Shown here: piece after piece, positions 14,591 through 16,850 of the stretch | How positions within the stretch are numbered: position 1 is the first letter of the stretch | Layout: each line of letters opens with the position of its first letter | From: Chthonomonadales bacterium | GTDB taxonomy: Bacteria; Armatimonadota; Chthonomonadetes; Chthonomonadales; Chthonomonadaceae | Direction of reading: 5' to 3' | Assembly (NCBI GenBank): GCA_038217285.1 | Contig: JBBQPO010000127.1 | Location: 1 to 16,850 of the forward strand | DNA: 16,850 nt | Notes under the pieces: model-generated | Told to the model about the DNA's origin: nothing | What the model saw: the letters and a program-made list of their open reading frames with translations, nothing else | The model's database searches: none | Position numbers and translations under genes: made by a program

Positions 14591-16036
14591 TCAGGCGAGG
14601 ATCGGCTTGACGATCGTGCCATAAACATCCGTGAGACGGTAGTAGCGCCCGCCGTACTGGTAGGTCAGTTTCGTGTGGTCGATGCCCATAAGGTGCAGAA
14701 TGGTGGCGTGCAGGTCGTGGACATGCACTTTGTTCTCGGTCGCGTGCCAGCCGAACTCGTCGGTCGCGCCATGCACCAGGCCGCCTTTGATGCCGCCTCC
14801 CGCCATCCACATCGTGAAACCGAACGGATGATGTTCGCGCCCATCGGAGTTTTCGGCGGTCGGCGTGCGTCCGAACTCGCCGCCCCACACTACCAGGGTG
14901 TCCTTCAGCAGCCCCCGCGCTTTCAGGTCTTTGAGCAGCCCCGCGATCGGTTTGTCGGTGGCGGCGCAGTTCTCGCGCAGACCGTTTCGCAGGTTGCCAT
15001 GCTGATCCCAGAGCTGGCAACTGCTGCGTGTGCCGGTCTGCGTATGGTAGACCTGGACCATGCGAACGCCGCGCTCCACCATACGCCGCGCCAGCAAACA
15101 CTGCTTGCCGAAGATCTCCGTCGTCTTGTCGTCCATCCCGTAGAGTTTTTTGGTCTCCGCGCTCTCGCCATCGGTATTGAAGGCCTCCGGCGCTTCCGTC
15201 TGCATGCGGTATGCCAGCTCGAAGGCGGCGATGCGGGCGTTCAACTGACTCTGCTCCGCGTGACGGTGACGGTGCAGATCGTTCAACTGCCGCAGGGTAT
15301 CGAGCTGATCCCGCTGCCGATCCGAGGAGAACAGCGGATTCTTCAGATTGGCGATAGGATTGCTCAGATCGTTGACGAGGGTGCCCTGATAGGCGGCGGG
15401 AAGGAAGGAAGAGCTCCAGAGCGGCGCGCCCTGCGCAGGCTGTGCAGGGCTGATGACGAGGAAGCCAGGCAGGTTCTGGTTCTCGCTGCCGAGGCCGTAG
15501 AGCAGCCACGAGCCGAGACTGGGCCGGGAGAACGCCTGCTCCCCCGTGTTCATCTGCAGGCATGCGCCGTTGTGGTTGATATTGTCCGCGAACATCCCGC
15601 GGATCACGCATAGATCGTCCACGCAGCCACCGACATGCGGGAAGAGCTCGCTCACCTCGGTGCCTGCCTGCCCGTATTTTTTGAAGGTGAACGGCGAGCC
15701 CAGCAGATTGCCCGTCTTGGTGCGCTCCAGCGAGGGCTTGGCGAACGGCAGCGGCTTGCCCATCTCCGCGGTCAGGCGCGGCTTCGGATCGAAGGTGTCC
15801 ACATGGGAGGGTCCGCCCGACATGAAGAGAAAGATAACGCGCTTCGCGCGCGCCGGGAACATCGGCAGCTTCGGCGCCAGCGGATTGGCGTCCGCAGAAA
15901 CGGCGCCCGCTTTCGCCTCCTCGGCCAGAAGCCCCGCCAGCCCGAGCATTCCAAAACCGTTCGCGAACCCCTGCAGCATCTCCCGCCGCGAATAGTAGGC
16001 CGGCAGCCGATCGTGTTCCGGATCGTTTCGTTTCAT
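14591..16036 (-). CDS. DUF1501 domain-containing protein (Tat-exported, sulfatase-like superfamily)
   Basis: Tat-like SRREML...GFGMLGLAGLL, then AKRVIFLFMSGGPSHVDTFDPKP, RPSLGSWLLYGLGSENQNLPGF, CLLARRMVERGVR.VQ, WDQH, TLVVWGGEFGRTP, GREHHP, WMAGGGIKGG..HGATDEFG, HVHDLHATILHLMG and RLTDV.G. Confidence 0.95.
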   Translation of the reverse strand: MKRNDPEHDRLPAYYSRREMLQGFANGFGMLGLAGLLAEEAKAGAVSADANPLAPKLPMFPARAKRVIFLFMSGGPSHVDTFDPKPRLTAEMGKPLPFAKPSLERTKTGNLLGSPFTFKKYGQAGTEVSELFPHVGGCVDDLCVIRGMFADNINHNGACLQMNTGEQAFSRPSLGSWLLYGLGSENQNLPGFLVISPAQPAQGAPLWSSSFLPAAYQGTLVNDLSNPIANLKNPLFSSDRQRDQLDTLRQLNDLHRHRHAEQSQLNARIAAFELAYRMQTEAPEAFNTDGESAETKKLYGMDDKTTEIFGKQCLLARRMVERGVRMVQVYHTQTGTRSSCQLWDQHGNLRNGLRENCAATDKPIAGLLKDLKARGLLKDTLVVWGGEFGRTPTAENSDGREHHPFGFTMWMAGGGIKGGLVHGATDEFGWHATENKVHVHDLHATILHLMGIDHTKLTYQYGGRYYRLTDVYGTIVKPILA

Positions 16037-16048
16037 GTCGTGGACCTT

Positions 16049-16850
16049 TCAGTCGATGTAGAGAAACTCGTTAGCGCAAAGGAGAAGCTGGCAGTACTCT
16101 TCCCACGGGCGCAGGTTACTTTCAGCAGGACTCTTCACGCTCCCCGGAGCCAGCGTCTCTTTCGCCGCGCGGGCGAGGAAGGTGAGGCCGATCACGATCT
16201 CCTGCGGAGTCGCCGGACGGCTGTAGAGCAGCAGGTAGGCGCGTTGAATGCGGGCAGAGCTGTTTTGCGGATCGACGGTCGCGAGACGCTGTGCCAGCAG
16301 GTGGGTCTGTTCGAGTAGGAACGGATTGTTGAGCAGGAACAGGGCCTGCGGGGCGACGGTGGAGACGGTGCGGCGCTCCACGCTGACGCCGGAATCGGCG
16401 GCGTCGAAAAGCGGGCCGAAGCCGGAACGGTCGGAGCGAACTGTCATCAGATAGAGGGTGCGGCGACCGGAGGTGAAGTCACGCGTCGCGACTCCGCCCA
16501 TCGTCGTGTCGAGGTGGCCGGAGACCGCGAGCACATTGTCGCGCATCGCCTCCGCCTCCAGACGATGCCGGCTCATGCGCCCGAAGAGGCGATTGTCCGG
16601 ATCGGTCTTCAGAGTCAGCGGCAGCGGGTCCGAGGACTGCTGGTAGGCGCTGGAGAGCATCATCAGCCGGTGCAGTCGCTTCATGGACCATCCGCAGGCG
16701 TAAGGGCTTCTGCCCTGAACCGGCGCGACGAAGACCGACGCCAGCCAGTCGAGCAGCTCCGGATGCGTGGGCCGCTCGCCGAGAAAGCCGAAGTTGCTCG
16801 GGGTACGGACGATGCCCTCCCCAAAATGATGCTGCCAGACCCGGTTCACC
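16049..16850 (-). CDS. C-terminal part of a DUF1553 (PSD1) domain protein, typically DUF1549/planctomycete cytochrome c-fused; runs off the window
   Basis: VNRVWQHHFGEGIVRTPSNFG..GERPTHPELLDWLA, WSMKRLHRLMMLSSAYQQSS, DPDNRL, RLEAEAMRD..LAVSG.LD, PQALFLLN and NEFLYID; canonical position upstream of DUF1501. Confidence 0.93.
   Translation of the reverse strand, partial: VNRVWQHHFGEGIVRTPSNFGFLGERPTHPELLDWLASVFVAPVQGRSPYACGWSMKRLHRLMMLSSAYQQSSDPLPLTLKTDPDNRLFGRMSRHRLEAEAMRDNVLAVSGHLDTTMGGVATRDFTSGRRTLYLMTVRSDRSGFGPLFDAADSGVSVERRTVSTVAPQALFLLNNPFLLEQTHLLAQRLATVDPQNSSARIQRAYLLLYSRPATPQEIVIGLTFLARAAKETLAPGSVKSPAESNLRPWEEYCQLLLCANEFLYID

Noticed and set aside
14456-15613. 385-aa (+) and 371-aa (-) ORFs overlapping DUF1501
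   Set aside because: Antisense and alternate-frame shadows of a clearly conserved gene.

Overview
A 16.85-kb, mostly high-GC bacterial window. The gene mix (DUF5693-csaB, a copper-amine-oxidase-N 'stalk' surface protein, DUF1553/DUF1501) is compatible with an Armatimonadota-like genome; this is an inference. From left to right: an AT-richer edge with a 5'-truncated PD-(D/E)XK-type endonuclease remnant; an O-methyltransferase; a KynB-like cyclase (-); a HIT hydrolase and family-4 uracil-DNA glycosylase (+); a DUF3472 secreted protein and ACS-type MFS transporter (-); DUF5693 and csaB (+). Next comes a regulatory block: a stand-alone receiver protein, a DUF948-like membrane protein (-), an ECF sigma factor, a single-TM candidate anti-sigma and a large secreted stalk/Ig-like protein. 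The window ends with DUF1501 and a partial DUF1553 gene (-). Two signals the ORF track does not explain stand out. (1) A back-to-back pair of GGAAC-N17-CGTC ECF-type promoters drives the ECF operon and the DUF948-like gene, suggesting an undescribed ECF stress module. (2) The 14248-14590 gap between convergent genes holds two GTGA-N6-TCAC boxes, ECF-like and -10 promoter motifs and consecutive hairpins ending in a 19-bp terminator-like stem, a candidate novel small RNA. Family assignments come from motif recognition only; no database searches were run.
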